Below are positions 9,900-19,864 of a DNA stretch of 64,000 nt, in pieces. This DNA comes from Spirochaetia bacterium. GTDB lineage: Bacteria > Spirochaetota > Spirochaetia > SZUA-6 > Bin103. How positions within the stretch are numbered: the stretch's first letter is position 1; each line of letters begins with the position of its first letter. The stretch lies in the NCBI GenBank assembly GCA_965203905.1, contig CBDBDQ010000005.1:2112001-2176000 (forward strand). The letters run 5' to 3'. Made by a program: the position numbers and the translations under genes. The notes beneath the pieces were generated by a model. It made no database searches and was not told the DNA's origin. It saw nothing but the letters and a program-made list of their open reading frames with translations.

Positions 9900-10480
9900 G
9901 GCGTAAATATAATCATGGTTGAGAAATGACCGGTTGCGGCAAGTCCCGGGACGGGCACCTGGAAGGGCTCAGGCCGGCGCTGGCGGGGTGCTGACGGGCC
10001 TGGAGGGCGTGGCGGGATGTTCGAAGGGTCGGAGGGGCCGGAACGTGCGGCAGGAGGCCGTTATGAGCAGCGCCAAACCCGTCAAGTGCTCAGCGAACTT
10101 TTTTTGGCACTTTTTCGCAGAATCCTGCGAATCCTGCCCCGCGGCGCCGACGTGGCAGCAATGCAGCGGCGGAGACCGGCGTTGCGGGGAGGCGGCTCCC
10201 CGTTCATTTCTGGACACATCGTACAGCGAACGAGCCACGCATCCTGAAGGCCGCGATCTGGCAGGCACCAGGGCCATCACCGCCGCTCGGCCACTACCCT
10301 CAGAACGTTCCTGCCTACACGGGATGCAGACGGTTCAGCATGGGATGGCCCTGGTGCGTGGACGTGCGTGGGCGTGCCAAGCAACTCGTGATGACTTCGA
10401 GTTTGATTCTATTACGACGCGCCCGCGCTGGCGTCATAATACTTCAGCCGCTTCGGGTCAGCGATCTCCCGCCAGGATTG

Positions 10481-12038
10481 GGGTGCATTCCGCCAGTGTG
10501 GTGCGGTCAGGCAGCCTCGAGCTGGGTCTGGGTGGATTCTGGGGTGGGCGATGAGGGAAGCAGGCTTGCGTAGTCGTCCCAGAAGCGACGGCTCACCACG
10601 GAGGCGCGGAGCTGGAGCATCTCCTTGGCTCCGTCCAACGACCACGACATGCCACTCTGCTTCATGCGCTTGGCGACCACGTTCTTGCAGGCTCCCTCGA
10701 CTACCCCGCTGCCGATCGGCAGACCGCACGACCGATACAGCGGGTAGTCCATGCGCTGCTGGTTGGCCGTGAAGTAGTTGATCTCGCCCTGGAGCTCGTA
10801 GCACTGCTGCTTGCTGTAGCGCCCACTGGCGTGCAATTCCTGCAGTTCCTTGATTACGGCGGCCACGCACCCCTGGCGCAGCAGGCTGCGCCAGCGCTTG
10901 AAGGATCTCTTGAACTGCTCGCTGCCCTCGCCGTACAACAGCCTGCTGATCTTCCCCAAGTGATCGCAGGCATGCCAGAAATCGAGGATCTGCCACACCT
11001 TCTGCCCGGGTTCGGCCAACTGTGAGATCCGCTCCCATATCCAATGCGCTCCATCGCCCAGAATCACCAGCACCAGCGCTGCCGGGTGAGCGCTGCGCCG
11101 GCTCATTTCCACCTCGATCCGGGGGAAGAACTCGTCAGCATGTTCGATCCCGGTGACATAGGAGGTCTTGGTGCAGTGCGCTACACCCTCCCGGTCCACC
11201 TTCACGGCTGATACCGTGGCTACCTTGGAGTCCCGAAACACGCGATCGTAACTCTTTTTCCCATCTTCAGTTACCCGCTCGTTCGCGCGCGTCGCCACCT
11301 TCCCCGCGTCGATGCCCATGACCATCGTCTCGGTGATCTTCTCGCGCGCCGCCACCGGCTTGTCGGCACGCTCGGCAATCTCCCTCTGGCGTTGCTGCTC
11401 CAACCCGTCAGCGACCGCCCGCACCATCTCGAACGCCTTGTTCATCGATACCAACTCGCGCCCGTCGGGCCGCAACACCTCGTGAAATTGCTCCAGCCCC
11501 TGCTGGTAGGAGTGTTCGGCACAGAACCGCGCCATGAAGTACTGGCACCCAGGCGTGTACCCGCCCGCGATACCCAGTTGCTCTGCCCGCGGCACCCACC
11601 CCTTGCCGCTGCCACCGAGCGGCGCATAGTAGGCGCGCACCAAGGTGATCAGACCAAACAGCCCGTGGATCGCCTTCTGCCGTTTCCCGACAAAGCGGTA
11701 CCGCACCTCGCCGCGGGTGGCCCGCGCACCGACATACCCATCACCGAGTTGCTTACCCCAGCGCTGCATCGCGGCGCGCCCCAGCTCGATCAGCGACTTC
11801 AGCAAACACAACTCGGCCGTCAGCAGGTCTCGGTCCCTGCTGTCGGGGCTTAGATCGACTCCGTACGCGGTCTTGCAAAAACGGAGCAACTCCGTTACCA
11901 AGGTCTCACTCATTTTAGTCCCCTCCCAGAGACGGGTAGATGCTTACCACATCATCGAATCTCTGGGAGGGGGTCTCTCTATTAACTCTATTTCCCGTAC
12001 CACAGATGCCGCAGGTGCCACAGAGAAAGAATGCACCC
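10481..12038 (-). mobile_element. ISKra4/ISLre2-type insertion sequence
   Basis: Terminal IRs GGGTGCATTC (10481-10490 and 12029-12038); direct repeat CCAGGATTG at 10472-10480 and 12039-12047. Confidence 0.9.
10507..11913 (-). CDS. DDE transposase (ISKra4/ISLre2, UPF0236-like)
   Basis: GIDAG, LGDGAHWIW, LDFWHA and PIGSGVVEGACK motifs. Confidence 0.88.
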   Translation of the reverse strand: MSETLVTELLRFCKTAYGVDLSPDSRDRDLLTAELCLLKSLIELGRAAMQRWGKQLGDGYVGARATRGEVRYRFVGKRQKAIHGLFGLITLVRAYYAPLGGSGKGWVPRAEQLGIAGGYTPGCQYFMARFCAEHSYQQGLEQFHEVLRPDGRELVSMNKAFEMVRAVADGLEQQRQREIAERADKPVAAREKITETMVMGIDAGKVATRANERVTEDGKKSYDRVFRDSKVATVSAVKVDREGVAHCTKTSYVTGIEHADEFFPRIEVEMSRRSAHPAALVLVILGDGAHWIWERISQLAEPGQKVWQILDFWHACDHLGKISRLLYGEGSEQFKRSFKRWRSLLRQGCVAAVIKELQELHASGRYSKQQCYELQGEINYFTANQQRMDYPLYRSCGLPIGSGVVEGACKNVVAKRMKQSGMSWSLDGAKEMLQLRASVVSRRFWDDYASLLPSSPTPESTQTQLEAA

Positions 12039-12831
12039 CCAGGATTGGGTGCAGCGGATGGTCCCAGGGGCCGCCTACCGTCATTTCGTCCTGGGCGCCG
12101 GCGGCGTCCTTTTCGCCGGTGAAGGTCACGTAGTCCGGGATGTAGATGATCGCGAAGGCGCGCCGCGGACCAGCCGTGCGGTTCGGCCCGGCGTAGTGGA
12201 AGGTGCAGCCGTGGTGGAAGGTGACACTGCCGGCGGCCATCTCCATGGACACCGGCTCCGCCACCGAGAACCCCCGCTCGTGCATGCGGTCGATGATGCT
12301 TTCCCCCTCCACGGTGAGCGAGATCGGTTCCTGGCGGCCGTAGCGGTGCGAGCCCGGCACGAAGTGCAGACAGCCGTTGTCCAGGTCGACGTCGTCCACC
12401 GCGATCCAGGCCGAGAACGAGCCGACCGGGTCCATGCACCAATACGGCGCGTCCTGGTGCCAGTTGGTTGCCCGGCTGGTCTGACCCGGCGGCTTGACCA
12501 TGGCGTGATCGTGGTAGATGCGCACGTGGCGGCAGCCTGACAGGCGCCGGCCGGCCTCGGCGAGCTGCGCATGGAACGCGAACCTCTTGGCGGCGGGATA
12601 GTCGGTCCACAGGTTGACCATCTGATTGAACACGCGTTCGTATTCCTGCGAAACCCGCCCGCCGCTCTCCGCGCCCCTGATGCGCTCGCGCTTCCGTGCG
12701 ATCGCGTGATCGATCACCTCGCGCAGCGCGCTCATCTCGGCGCCGGAGAAGAAGCCCTCGTACCGGATGTAGCCCTGCTCCTGGAAGAAGGAGATGTCCT
12801 GCGCCGTCACCCGGTCCGACCGATCCGGCAT
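11944..12831 (-). CDS. phytanoyl-CoA dioxygenase (PhyH) family 2OG-Fe(II) oxygenase; native end displaced by the IS
   Basis: WHQD, SAWIAVDD..DNGCL and FHHGCTFHYAGPN motifs. The native tail AGDR* lies at 10458-10471, beyond the IS. Confidence 0.9.
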   Translation of the reverse strand: MPDRSDRVTAQDISFFQEQGYIRYEGFFSGAEMSALREVIDHAIARKRERIRGAESGGRVSQEYERVFNQMVNLWTDYPAAKRFAFHAQLAEAGRRLSGCRHVRIYHDHAMVKPPGQTSRATNWHQDAPYWCMDPVGSFSAWIAVDDVDLDNGCLHFVPGSHRYGRQEPISLTVEGESIIDRMHERGFSVAEPVSMEMAAGSVTFHHGCTFHYAGPNRTAGPRRAFAIIYIPDYVTFTGEKDAAGAQDEMTVGGPWDHPLHPILGVHSFSVAPAASVVREIELIERPPPRDSMMW

Positions 12832-14180
12832 CAGCGCTGCGGCAGATGGCGCAGAGCGGCGCCGACTTCGTCCAGCAGGCGCTCGACGTGGCGGTCCTCC
12901 ATCGGCAGCGGAACGTTGCCGCCGCGGCGGGTCACGATGCCGCGGTTCACGAGCCGGAAGTAGAGCCAGCGCTGGAGGCCGGCGTCGTCTTGCGCCGCCT
13001 CGCGGTAGTTGCGCGGCGGTTGCGGCAGGAAGTAGAACTGGAACAGCGACCCGGCGGTGACCACGCAGCCGGGCACGCCCGCCGTGTCGAACACCTGCTG
13101 CAGCCCGTCGCCGAGCCGGCTGGTGCGCTGGTGGATGGAGCGGTAGGCGGCGTCGGTCATGGTGCGCAGCGTCGCCAGGCCGGCGGCCATGACGATCGGA
13201 TTGCCGTTGTAGGTGCCGGACTGGGGAATCGCCGGCGCCCCGGCCGTGGGATCGTACAGCGCCATGATGTCGGCACGGCCGCCGAAGGCGCCGCCGGGGG
13301 TACCGCCGGCCACCACCTTGGCCAGGCAGGTCAGGTCCGGCTGCACCCCGAAGGTCCCCTGGGCGCCCCCCGAGCCGGCGCGGAAGCTCACCACCTCGTC
13401 GAAGATCAGCACGATGCCCAGCTCACGGGTGAGGCGGCGCAGGGTCTCCAGGAAGCCGGGCGCCGGCAGAGTGAGCCCGGCCGCGGTGGACAGTGGGTCG
13501 ACGATCACCGCCGCCAGGCGATCGGCGTGCTCGCGGATCAGCGCGGTGCACGCCTCGCGGTCGTTGAACGGCAGTACCAGCACGTTGGCGGCGGTCCCCG
13601 GGGCGAGTCCCGCTGAAGCCGGGACCGGCAGCGGCCGCGCGGCCGGTCCGAGCGCGGGACCGACCGGAGGCAGGTAGCTGATCAGCGCCGGATCGTCGAT
13701 ACCGTGGTAGGCGCCCTCGAACTTGGCGATTATCGGCCGCTCGGTAAAGGCGCGCGCGGCGCGCAGGGCACCCAGCACGGCCTCGGTCCCCGAGCTGCAG
13801 AAGCGCAGCCGCTCCAGCGAAGGGATGCGCTGTGCCAGCAGTTCCGCCAACTCCAGCTCCAGGGGACAGGGCGCGAAGTAGGCGCTGCCGCGGCCGGCGT
13901 GCTCCGCGATCGCCGCCACCACGGCGGGATGGGCATGGCCCAGAATCAGGGCGCTGGCGTTGTTGACGAAGTCCAGGCGGCGGTTGCCGTCGACGTCGAC
14001 CAGCTCCACCCCCTGCGCATGGTCGATGTAGACCGGAAACGGATCCACGAACACGCCGGTCCTGGTGTTGCCCCCGGGCAGCACCGACTGCGCGCGCCGG
14101 AACAGGTCGTGGGACGCGGCGTTGCGGGCACGGTACTCCGCGACCAGAGACTCGAGGGTAACTGCGGTGGCGGTGGGCAT
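12831..14180 (-). CDS. class III aminotransferase (glutamate-1-semialdehyde aminomutase-like)
   Basis: LPGGNTR, SSGTEA, FEGAYHG, LIFDEVVSFR, DLTCLAK motifs; GGAGG RBS before ATG 14180. Confidence 0.88.
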   Translation of the reverse strand: MPTATAVTLESLVAEYRARNAASHDLFRRAQSVLPGGNTRTGVFVDPFPVYIDHAQGVELVDVDGNRRLDFVNNASALILGHAHPAVVAAIAEHAGRGSAYFAPCPLELELAELLAQRIPSLERLRFCSSGTEAVLGALRAARAFTERPIIAKFEGAYHGIDDPALISYLPPVGPALGPAARPLPVPASAGLAPGTAANVLVLPFNDREACTALIREHADRLAAVIVDPLSTAAGLTLPAPGFLETLRRLTRELGIVLIFDEVVSFRAGSGGAQGTFGVQPDLTCLAKVVAGGTPGGAFGGRADIMALYDPTAGAPAIPQSGTYNGNPIVMAAGLATLRTMTDAAYRSIHQRTSRLGDGLQQVFDTAGVPGCVVTAGSLFQFYFLPQPPRNYREAAQDDAGLQRWLYFRLVNRGIVTRRGGNVPLPMEDRHVERLLDEVGAALRHLPQR

Positions 14181-14309
14181 GGACACCTCCTGGCTCGGTG
14201 CCGAGCATGGCACGCCGCAGCGGCGGCAGTCTACGCCGTGGCGCGGCCGGCAGCGGCCGGCCGGCGGGACGCCGCTGCACGACCGGCAGCTTCGTGGCAT
14301 GATTGCCGC

Positions 14310-16370
14310 ATGATCGATCCGGGGAAACTGCAGAACGATTTCTCGGCCTACGTCGGCCGCGGCCGGGAGGAGGCGGCGGCGCTGGAGGAACGGCGCGCCG
14401 AGCTGCGGCGGGAGCTGGACGGGCGCCTGTTCGAGCGTCCCGGCGGAGAGTGGTACCGGGGCGCGTGTGTGGAGGCGTTCCTGTTCATGTTCGACACCCG
14501 CTTCTACGATCGCGTCGCGCGCCACTACCGCATCGAGGAGATCCTGGACGACGGCGAGCGCGAGTTCGGCGGCTACGACTTCGTGCTGCTGTGGCAGTCC
14601 TATCCGCGGCTGGCGATCGACGGGCGCAACCAGTTCGACCTGTATCGCGACATGCCCGGTGGACTGCCGGCGCTGCGCGAGCTGGTGCAGCGTGCGCACT
14701 CCCGCGGGGTGCGCGTGTTCGTGAACTACAACCCGTGGGACACCGGCACCCGGCGCGAGCCGAAAGGACGTTCCGACGGCGAGGCGCTGGCCGGGATCAT
14801 CGCGGCGATCGGCGCTGACGGGGTGTTCCTGGACACCATGGCGATGGATCAGCCGGGATTCCGCGAAGCGCTGGAGCGGGCCAATCCCGACATCGTGTTC
14901 GATCCCGAGGGGGTTCCGCCGCTCGGCGGGCTGCACTCGGTGGCCGGAAGCTGGCTGCAGCGGCGCCTGGTGGCACCGCCGGAGCTGATGACCATGCGCT
15001 GGCTGGAGCCGCGCTTCTCGTTCCGGGCGATCCTGCGCACCGCGCTGGACCGTCAAGAGGTGGTGCAGGCGGCGTTCTTCCACGGCTGCGGGCACGTGGT
15101 GTGGGAGAACATCTTCGGTTGGTGGAATCCGTGGTCGGCGCCGGATCGCGCGCTGCTGCGGCGTTGCACGTGGCTGTTGCGCGAGCACGCGGCGGCGTTC
15201 CAGGACCTGCAGTGGCAGCCCTACGTGGCGACGTTGGCCGCGGACGTGTACGCGCACCGCTGGCAGGACGGTGCGACCGTGGTGCACACGCTGCTGAACA
15301 CCGGCGCGGACACCAGCAACGGTCCGGTGCTGGAGGTGGCCGCCGCCGACGCGGCCGGCGCCCCCCTGCGCCACTACGACGTCTGGAACGGACGCGAGCT
15401 GGCGCCGGCCGAGCGCGACGGCGCGGGGGTGGTCTCGGTCCCGCTGCCGCCCGGCGGGGCCGGCTGCATCGTGTCGGCGCCGGAGGGAGTCGCGGTGCAC
15501 TTTCCTCCCGCGGAAACGGCCGGGCAGGCGCGCGACGAGGACTACCGCGCGCGCGTCACCGTCGCCGATCACCGGCCGCGTCCGGTGGCGCCGTCGGCCC
15601 CGGTCACGGCCGGGTCCGAGCCGGCCGACATGTGCCGGCTGCCGGGTGGCCCGTACAACATGCACGTGCGCCACAATGTCGCCGCGGTGATGGAGGGGGC
15701 GTGCTACGGCGGCCAGGACAATCACCACAACACCTACCACCCGCCGCAGTCGTTCGACCTGCGCCCCTACTGGATCGACCGCACCGAGGTCACCAACGCC
15801 CAGTATCGGGCGTTTCTGGAGGCTGCCCGCTACGTTCCGATCGAGCCGCACAACTTCCTGCGGCACTGGCAGCGCGGAGACGCGCCTGCTGCAGAACCGT
15901 GGCGCTGGCAGATACCGGCCGGCAAGGAGCGCCATCCGGTGGTGTGGGTGGACCTGGAGGATGCCCGCGCCTACGCCCGCTGGGCGGGCAAGCGGCTGCC
16001 GCGGGAAGAGGAGTGGCAGAACGCCGCCGGCCGCGGCCTGTGGCCGTGGGGCGACCTGTTCGACCCCGCCCGCTGCAATGGCGACAGCGGCGACACCACC
16101 CCGGTGGACCAGTTTCCCGCCGGCGCCAGCGACTGCGGCTGTCTCGACCTGTGCGGCAACGTCTGGGAGTGGACCGAGAGCGAGCGCGACGACGGGCATA
16201 CGCGCTACGCCATCGTGCGTGGCGGCTGCCACCTGGTGGTGGTGGGCAGCAAGTGGTACCGGGCCAGTGGGGCGCAGCCCAATGACGTCCACGAGAAGGT
16301 GCTGCTGCTGTATCCCGGCATCGACCGTTGTGCGACCGTTGGCTTCCGTTGCGTGAAAGATGAAGCCTGA
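14310..16370 (+). CDS. FGE-sulfatase (SUMF1/EgtB/PvdO) domain protein with large N-terminal domain
   Basis: TEVTNAQY, HPVVWV, KRLPREEEWQ, DLCGNVWEWT, GFRC motifs. Confidence 0.82.
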   Translation: MIDPGKLQNDFSAYVGRGREEAAALEERRAELRRELDGRLFERPGGEWYRGACVEAFLFMFDTRFYDRVARHYRIEEILDDGEREFGGYDFVLLWQSYPRLAIDGRNQFDLYRDMPGGLPALRELVQRAHSRGVRVFVNYNPWDTGTRREPKGRSDGEALAGIIAAIGADGVFLDTMAMDQPGFREALERANPDIVFDPEGVPPLGGLHSVAGSWLQRRLVAPPELMTMRWLEPRFSFRAILRTALDRQEVVQAAFFHGCGHVVWENIFGWWNPWSAPDRALLRRCTWLLREHAAAFQDLQWQPYVATLAADVYAHRWQDGATVVHTLLNTGADTSNGPVLEVAAADAAGAPLRHYDVWNGRELAPAERDGAGVVSVPLPPGGAGCIVSAPEGVAVHFPPAETAGQARDEDYRARVTVADHRPRPVAPSAPVTAGSEPADMCRLPGGPYNMHVRHNVAAVMEGACYGGQDNHHNTYHPPQSFDLRPYWIDRTEVTNAQYRAFLEAARYVPIEPHNFLRHWQRGDAPAAEPWRWQIPAGKERHPVVWVDLEDARAYARWAGKRLPREEEWQNAAGRGLWPWGDLFDPARCNGDSGDTTPVDQFPAGASDCGCLDLCGNVWEWTESERDDGHTRYAIVRGGCHLVVVGSKWYRASGAQPNDVHEKVLLLYPGIDRCATVGFRCVKDEA

Positions 16371-17289
16371 GGTCGTCGTAATCGGCAGCTACCTGGTGGC
16401 GCTGGTGATCGAGGTGGAGCGTTTCCCCACGGTGGGCGAGACGGTCCACGGCCACGGCTACTTCGAGACCCACGGCGGCAAGGGTTCCAACATGGCGGTG
16501 CAGGCGGCGCGCCTGGGGGCGCGCACCAGCTTCGTGGGACGGGTAGGGGACGATGCCCGCGGCCGGGCGTTCGCCGACCTGCTGGCCACCGAGGGCGTGG
16601 CCGCGGAGCACCTGCAGGTCCAGGCTGACACCGCCACCGGCGTCGGCTTCATCCTGCTGGGGAGCGACGGCCAGAACATGATCGCCATCGACAGCGGCCC
16701 CAACGCCCTCTTCTCGGCCGCCGACGTGGAGTGTGCCGCGGGCCTGATGCAGCCGCCGGCGACGGTGCTGACCCAGCTAGAGATACCGCTGCAGACCGCC
16801 CTGCGCGCCATGCAGGTGGGGCGGGCGGCGGGTTGCATCACGATCCTCAACCCGGCCCCGGCACAGGACCTTTCGCAAGAGGATCTGTCCAGCGTGGCGG
16901 TGATCACCCCCAACGAGACCGAGGCACGGGTCTGCCTGGGGCTGGGTGCCGCCGAGCGCGCCGACGAGGAAGAACTCGGCCGCCGGCTGCTGGAGCGCGG
17001 CTGCGGCGCCGCGCTGCTCACGCTCGGGGAGCGCGGCTGCCTGTGCGTCACCGCGGACGGCGCCGAGCACGTGCCCGGCTTCGCGGTGTCCCAGGTCGTG
17101 GACACCACCGGAGCCGGCGACGCCTTCAACGCGGGCCTGGCGGTGGCCCTGGCCGAGGGGCGTCCGCTGGCGGAGGCGGCCCGCTTCGCCAACGCGGCCG
17201 CCGCGCTCTGCTGCACCGCACTCGCCACCCTGCCCTCGTATCACACCCGCCAGCAGGTCGAAACGTTCATGAAACGCTGGACAGGTTAA
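16360..17289 (+). CDS. ribokinase / PfkB family sugar kinase
   Basis: GGKGSNMAVQAARLG, TPNETE, DTTGAGDAF motifs. Confidence 0.9.
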   Translation: MKPEVVVIGSYLVALVIEVERFPTVGETVHGHGYFETHGGKGSNMAVQAARLGARTSFVGRVGDDARGRAFADLLATEGVAAEHLQVQADTATGVGFILLGSDGQNMIAIDSGPNALFSAADVECAAGLMQPPATVLTQLEIPLQTALRAMQVGRAAGCITILNPAPAQDLSQEDLSSVAVITPNETEARVCLGLGAAERADEEELGRRLLERGCGAALLTLGERGCLCVTADGAEHVPGFAVSQVVDTTGAGDAFNAGLAVALAEGRPLAEAARFANAAAALCCTALATLPSYHTRQQVETFMKRWTG

Positions 17290-17348
17290 GTCGATTGGCG
17301 GGCCGGTCCGAGTGTCGGCACTTCCGCCGCGTTCCTGTTACAGATACG

Positions 17349-17678
17349 TCAGATGGAGCCTGATGCGACGCCGCGTTGGACCTTCCGGGCGGCGACATGG
17401 ATCGTTACTTCAAGGCTCCGGTCCAGGCCCCCCAACATCCTGATCAGCCGGTCCAACGTAAAGCGGGCGAGATCCGCGTTACGCACGCGCGAGAAATCGG
17501 CCGCGGCAAAGCCGGTCCTGTCGGCTGCCACCCGCACGGAGATCCTGCCCTGATCCAACACCGCGATGATCCTTGCCGCAAGGACTGCCTTGGCGTGCTT
17601 GAGATCGGCGTCCGGATCATTCAGGTCGCGGAACAGATTCCCGCTGCCTTGAACCAGTTCGTAGTCAGATTCGCTCAT
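17349..17678 (-). CDS. XRE/HigA-type HTH antitoxin
   Basis: GSGNLFRDL..PDAD...AADFSRVRNA.LARFTLDRL; ATGA-coupled to the upstream toxin. Confidence 0.85.
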   Translation of the reverse strand: MSESDYELVQGSGNLFRDLNDPDADLKHAKAVLAARIIAVLDQGRISVRVAADRTGFAAADFSRVRNADLARFTLDRLIRMLGGLDRSLEVTIHVAARKVQRGVASGSI

Positions 17679-18025
17679 TGCTCCATGTTCCTTCTGAGCC
17701 AAGCTATTCGATCGCGGATGAGGCTGATATCCGCTTTCGGAGTTTTGATTCCGCTCTTCGACTTCTTGAGGAAAGCGTGCACGACCCACAGCGCTCCCGA
17801 AATCTCAGATACGTAAACTGTGCGATAGGCGTCGGTCCGGTAGCGCACGGCAATCTCCATCACGCGAGGTCCAAGACCCTTCATTGGCTTCGCGATGTCC
17901 GCTTTTTCACCTTCGGCGGCAATCGTGAGTGCCGTACTGATGCGATCCCGGACACCTTCCGGAAATCTCTCGAAATCCTTGCGAGCTGCCCTGATCCACC
18001 CTATGGGCCGCGTGTCGGGGACCAC
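17675..18025 (-). CDS. RelE/HigB (Gp49-like) toxin
   Basis: KPMKGLG..VMEI...DAYRTVY...VVHAFLKKS. Confidence 0.85.
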   Translation of the reverse strand: MVPDTRPIGWIRAARKDFERFPEGVRDRISTALTIAAEGEKADIAKPMKGLGPRVMEIAVRYRTDAYRTVYVSEISGALWVVHAFLKKSKSGIKTPKADISLIRDRIAWLRRNMEQ

Positions 18026-18030
18026 TATTG

Positions 18031-18058
18031 ACAGTGTTGTCAGATTTAACAACACTGT
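18031..18058. promoter_or_regulatory. palindromic operator of the higBA-like pair
   Basis: Perfect inverted repeat ACAGTGTTGT-N8-ACAACACTGT next to a minus-strand TTGACA. Confidence 0.65.
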
Positions 18059-18143
18059 GTCAAGCCAAGACCTGCCAAGCCCAGCCCAGCCTGCCGGTCT
18101 TTCGCTTCTTGCATAGCACTGGATGCTTCAACGGAGGGACTGC

Positions 18144-18980
18144 ATGATGAAACTTGGATTCACTACCCTCGGGTGCCCGGACTGGCCCTACGCGACGATC
18201 GTGGCACGGGCGCGGGAGTACGGCTTCGACGGGTTCGAGATTCGCGGGATGATGGGGGAGATGGACTTGCTCAAGGTGCCGGAGCTGCAGCCGGGGCGGC
18301 GCGGGGAGACGCTGCGCATGGCCGCCGACGCCGGCCTGGAGATCATGATGTTGATGACCGGCTGCCAGTTCTCGTCGGCCACGGCCGGCGAGCGGCAGGC
18401 CAACATCGACGAGGCCAAGGCGAACATGGATATGGCAAGCGCCATGGGGATCGACAAGATCCGCCTGTATGGCGGCCGCATCGCACCGGAGGTGGATCGC
18501 GATGCCGCCTACGGCTGGGTGGCGGAGGGCCTGTGCACGGTGGCCGAATATGGCGCCACCGTGGGCGTGGCGGCGGCGGTGGAGACCCACGACCACTTCG
18601 TGGACACCTTCCTGGTCAAGGAGATCGTCGCCCGCGTGGATCATCCCTTCCTCAAGGTGCTGTGGGACGTCCATCACCCGTGGCGCCTGTTCGGGCAGAC
18701 TCCGCGGCAGTGCTGGGACAACGTCGGGCCGCAGGTGGTGGACACCCACTTCAAGGACTCCTACGTCACCGACGGCGAGCAGGACGGCTACCGCTACTGT
18801 CTGCTGGGAGAGGGGGACGTGCCGGTGCCCGACACGCTGCAGGTGCTGCACGCCGGCGGCTACGACGGCTACCTGACGCTGGAGTGGGAGAAGGCGTGGA
18901 AGGATTACCTGCCCGATCCTTCCGTGGGGTTTCCGCAGTACGTGCAGCAGATGCGCCGCTACCTGGCGCAGCTCGACTGA
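18144..18980 (+). CDS. sugar phosphate isomerase/epimerase (AP endonuclease 2 TIM barrel)
   Basis: FTTLGCPDW, VETHD, LWDVHH, HFKD, LTLEWE motifs. Confidence 0.85.
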   Translation: MMKLGFTTLGCPDWPYATIVARAREYGFDGFEIRGMMGEMDLLKVPELQPGRRGETLRMAADAGLEIMMLMTGCQFSSATAGERQANIDEAKANMDMASAMGIDKIRLYGGRIAPEVDRDAAYGWVAEGLCTVAEYGATVGVAAAVETHDHFVDTFLVKEIVARVDHPFLKVLWDVHHPWRLFGQTPRQCWDNVGPQVVDTHFKDSYVTDGEQDGYRYCLLGEGDVPVPDTLQVLHAGGYDGYLTLEWEKAWKDYLPDPSVGFPQYVQQMRRYLAQLD

Positions 18981-18988
18981 GGGCGGCC

Positions 18989-19852
18989 ATGCGACTGGGT
19001 GTAGTGGGAATCCTGCCGGGCGACCCGCGCGAGGTGCGCCGCGAGCACCTGGAGCGGGTGCGCGCGCTGGGGGTGTCGGCGGCCTGCTTTCATGCGCCCG
19101 GCGAGGTGCTGTTCGCCGTGACCTCCGCGGAGCTCGGCGCCTGCCGGCAGCGCTACGCTGACGCCGGCCTGGAGCTGGCGCAACTCGGCGTCGGCTACGG
19201 CGAGTGCCTGTTCGATCCCGACGCCGCGGTGCGCACCGGGATTCAGCGCAAGATCGCCCGCGGCCTGGAGGCGGGGCGCGAGCTGGGCGCGGGGGTGGTG
19301 CTGATCCGCACCGGCAGCCTGAGCCCCACCGGCTCCTACAGCCCCTCGCCGCGCAACCACGAACCGGAGTGCCTGGAGACCTTGATCGGCGAGTTGCGCA
19401 CGGTGGCCGCCGCCGCCGAGGCCGCGGATTTGACGGTGGTGGTGGAGACCCACAACCTGACCATCCTCGGCACCCCGGAGATCAACCGCCGGGTGATCGA
19501 CGCCGTCGGCTCGCCCCGGCTGCGCGTGGTGATGGACTACGTCAACCACTTCCAGTCATGGGCGCAGGCGTGTTCCAGCACCGCCCGGATCGACCACATC
19601 TTCGACCTGATGGGGCCGATCTCCGCCGTTGCCCACATCAAGGACCTGGCGCCCGTCGACGGCTTCGTGGTGCACCTCGACGAGGCCGCTCCCGGCGAGG
19701 GATGCCTGGACCTGGCCACCGCGGTACGGCGTTGGCAGGCGCTGCGCCCCGACGGCTACATGCTGGTGGAGCACTTGCCGGACGAGCGCATCCCCGGCGC
19801 CGTGGCCAACGCGCAGCGCATCGCCGCCGCCGCCGGCGTGCCGATCAATTAG
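18989..19852 (+). CDS. sugar phosphate isomerase/epimerase TIM barrel
   Basis: VVETH, MDYVN, AHIKD, LVEH motifs; ATG 18989 lies inside ORF 18173..19852. Confidence 0.8.
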   Translation: MRLGVVGILPGDPREVRREHLERVRALGVSAACFHAPGEVLFAVTSAELGACRQRYADAGLELAQLGVGYGECLFDPDAAVRTGIQRKIARGLEAGRELGAGVVLIRTGSLSPTGSYSPSPRNHEPECLETLIGELRTVAAAAEAADLTVVVETHNLTILGTPEINRRVIDAVGSPRLRVVMDYVNHFQSWAQACSSTARIDHIFDLMGPISAVAHIKDLAPVDGFVVHLDEAAPGEGCLDLATAVRRWQALRPDGYMLVEHLPDERIPGAVANAQRIAAAAGVPIN

Positions 19853-19864
19853 CGAGTCGCCGGC

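Noticed and set aside
12831-16292. 1153-aa minus-strand ORF suggesting a giant aminotransferase fusion
   Set aside because: The first ~700 aa are the antisense shadow of the FGE-domain gene. The real start with an RBS is at 14180.
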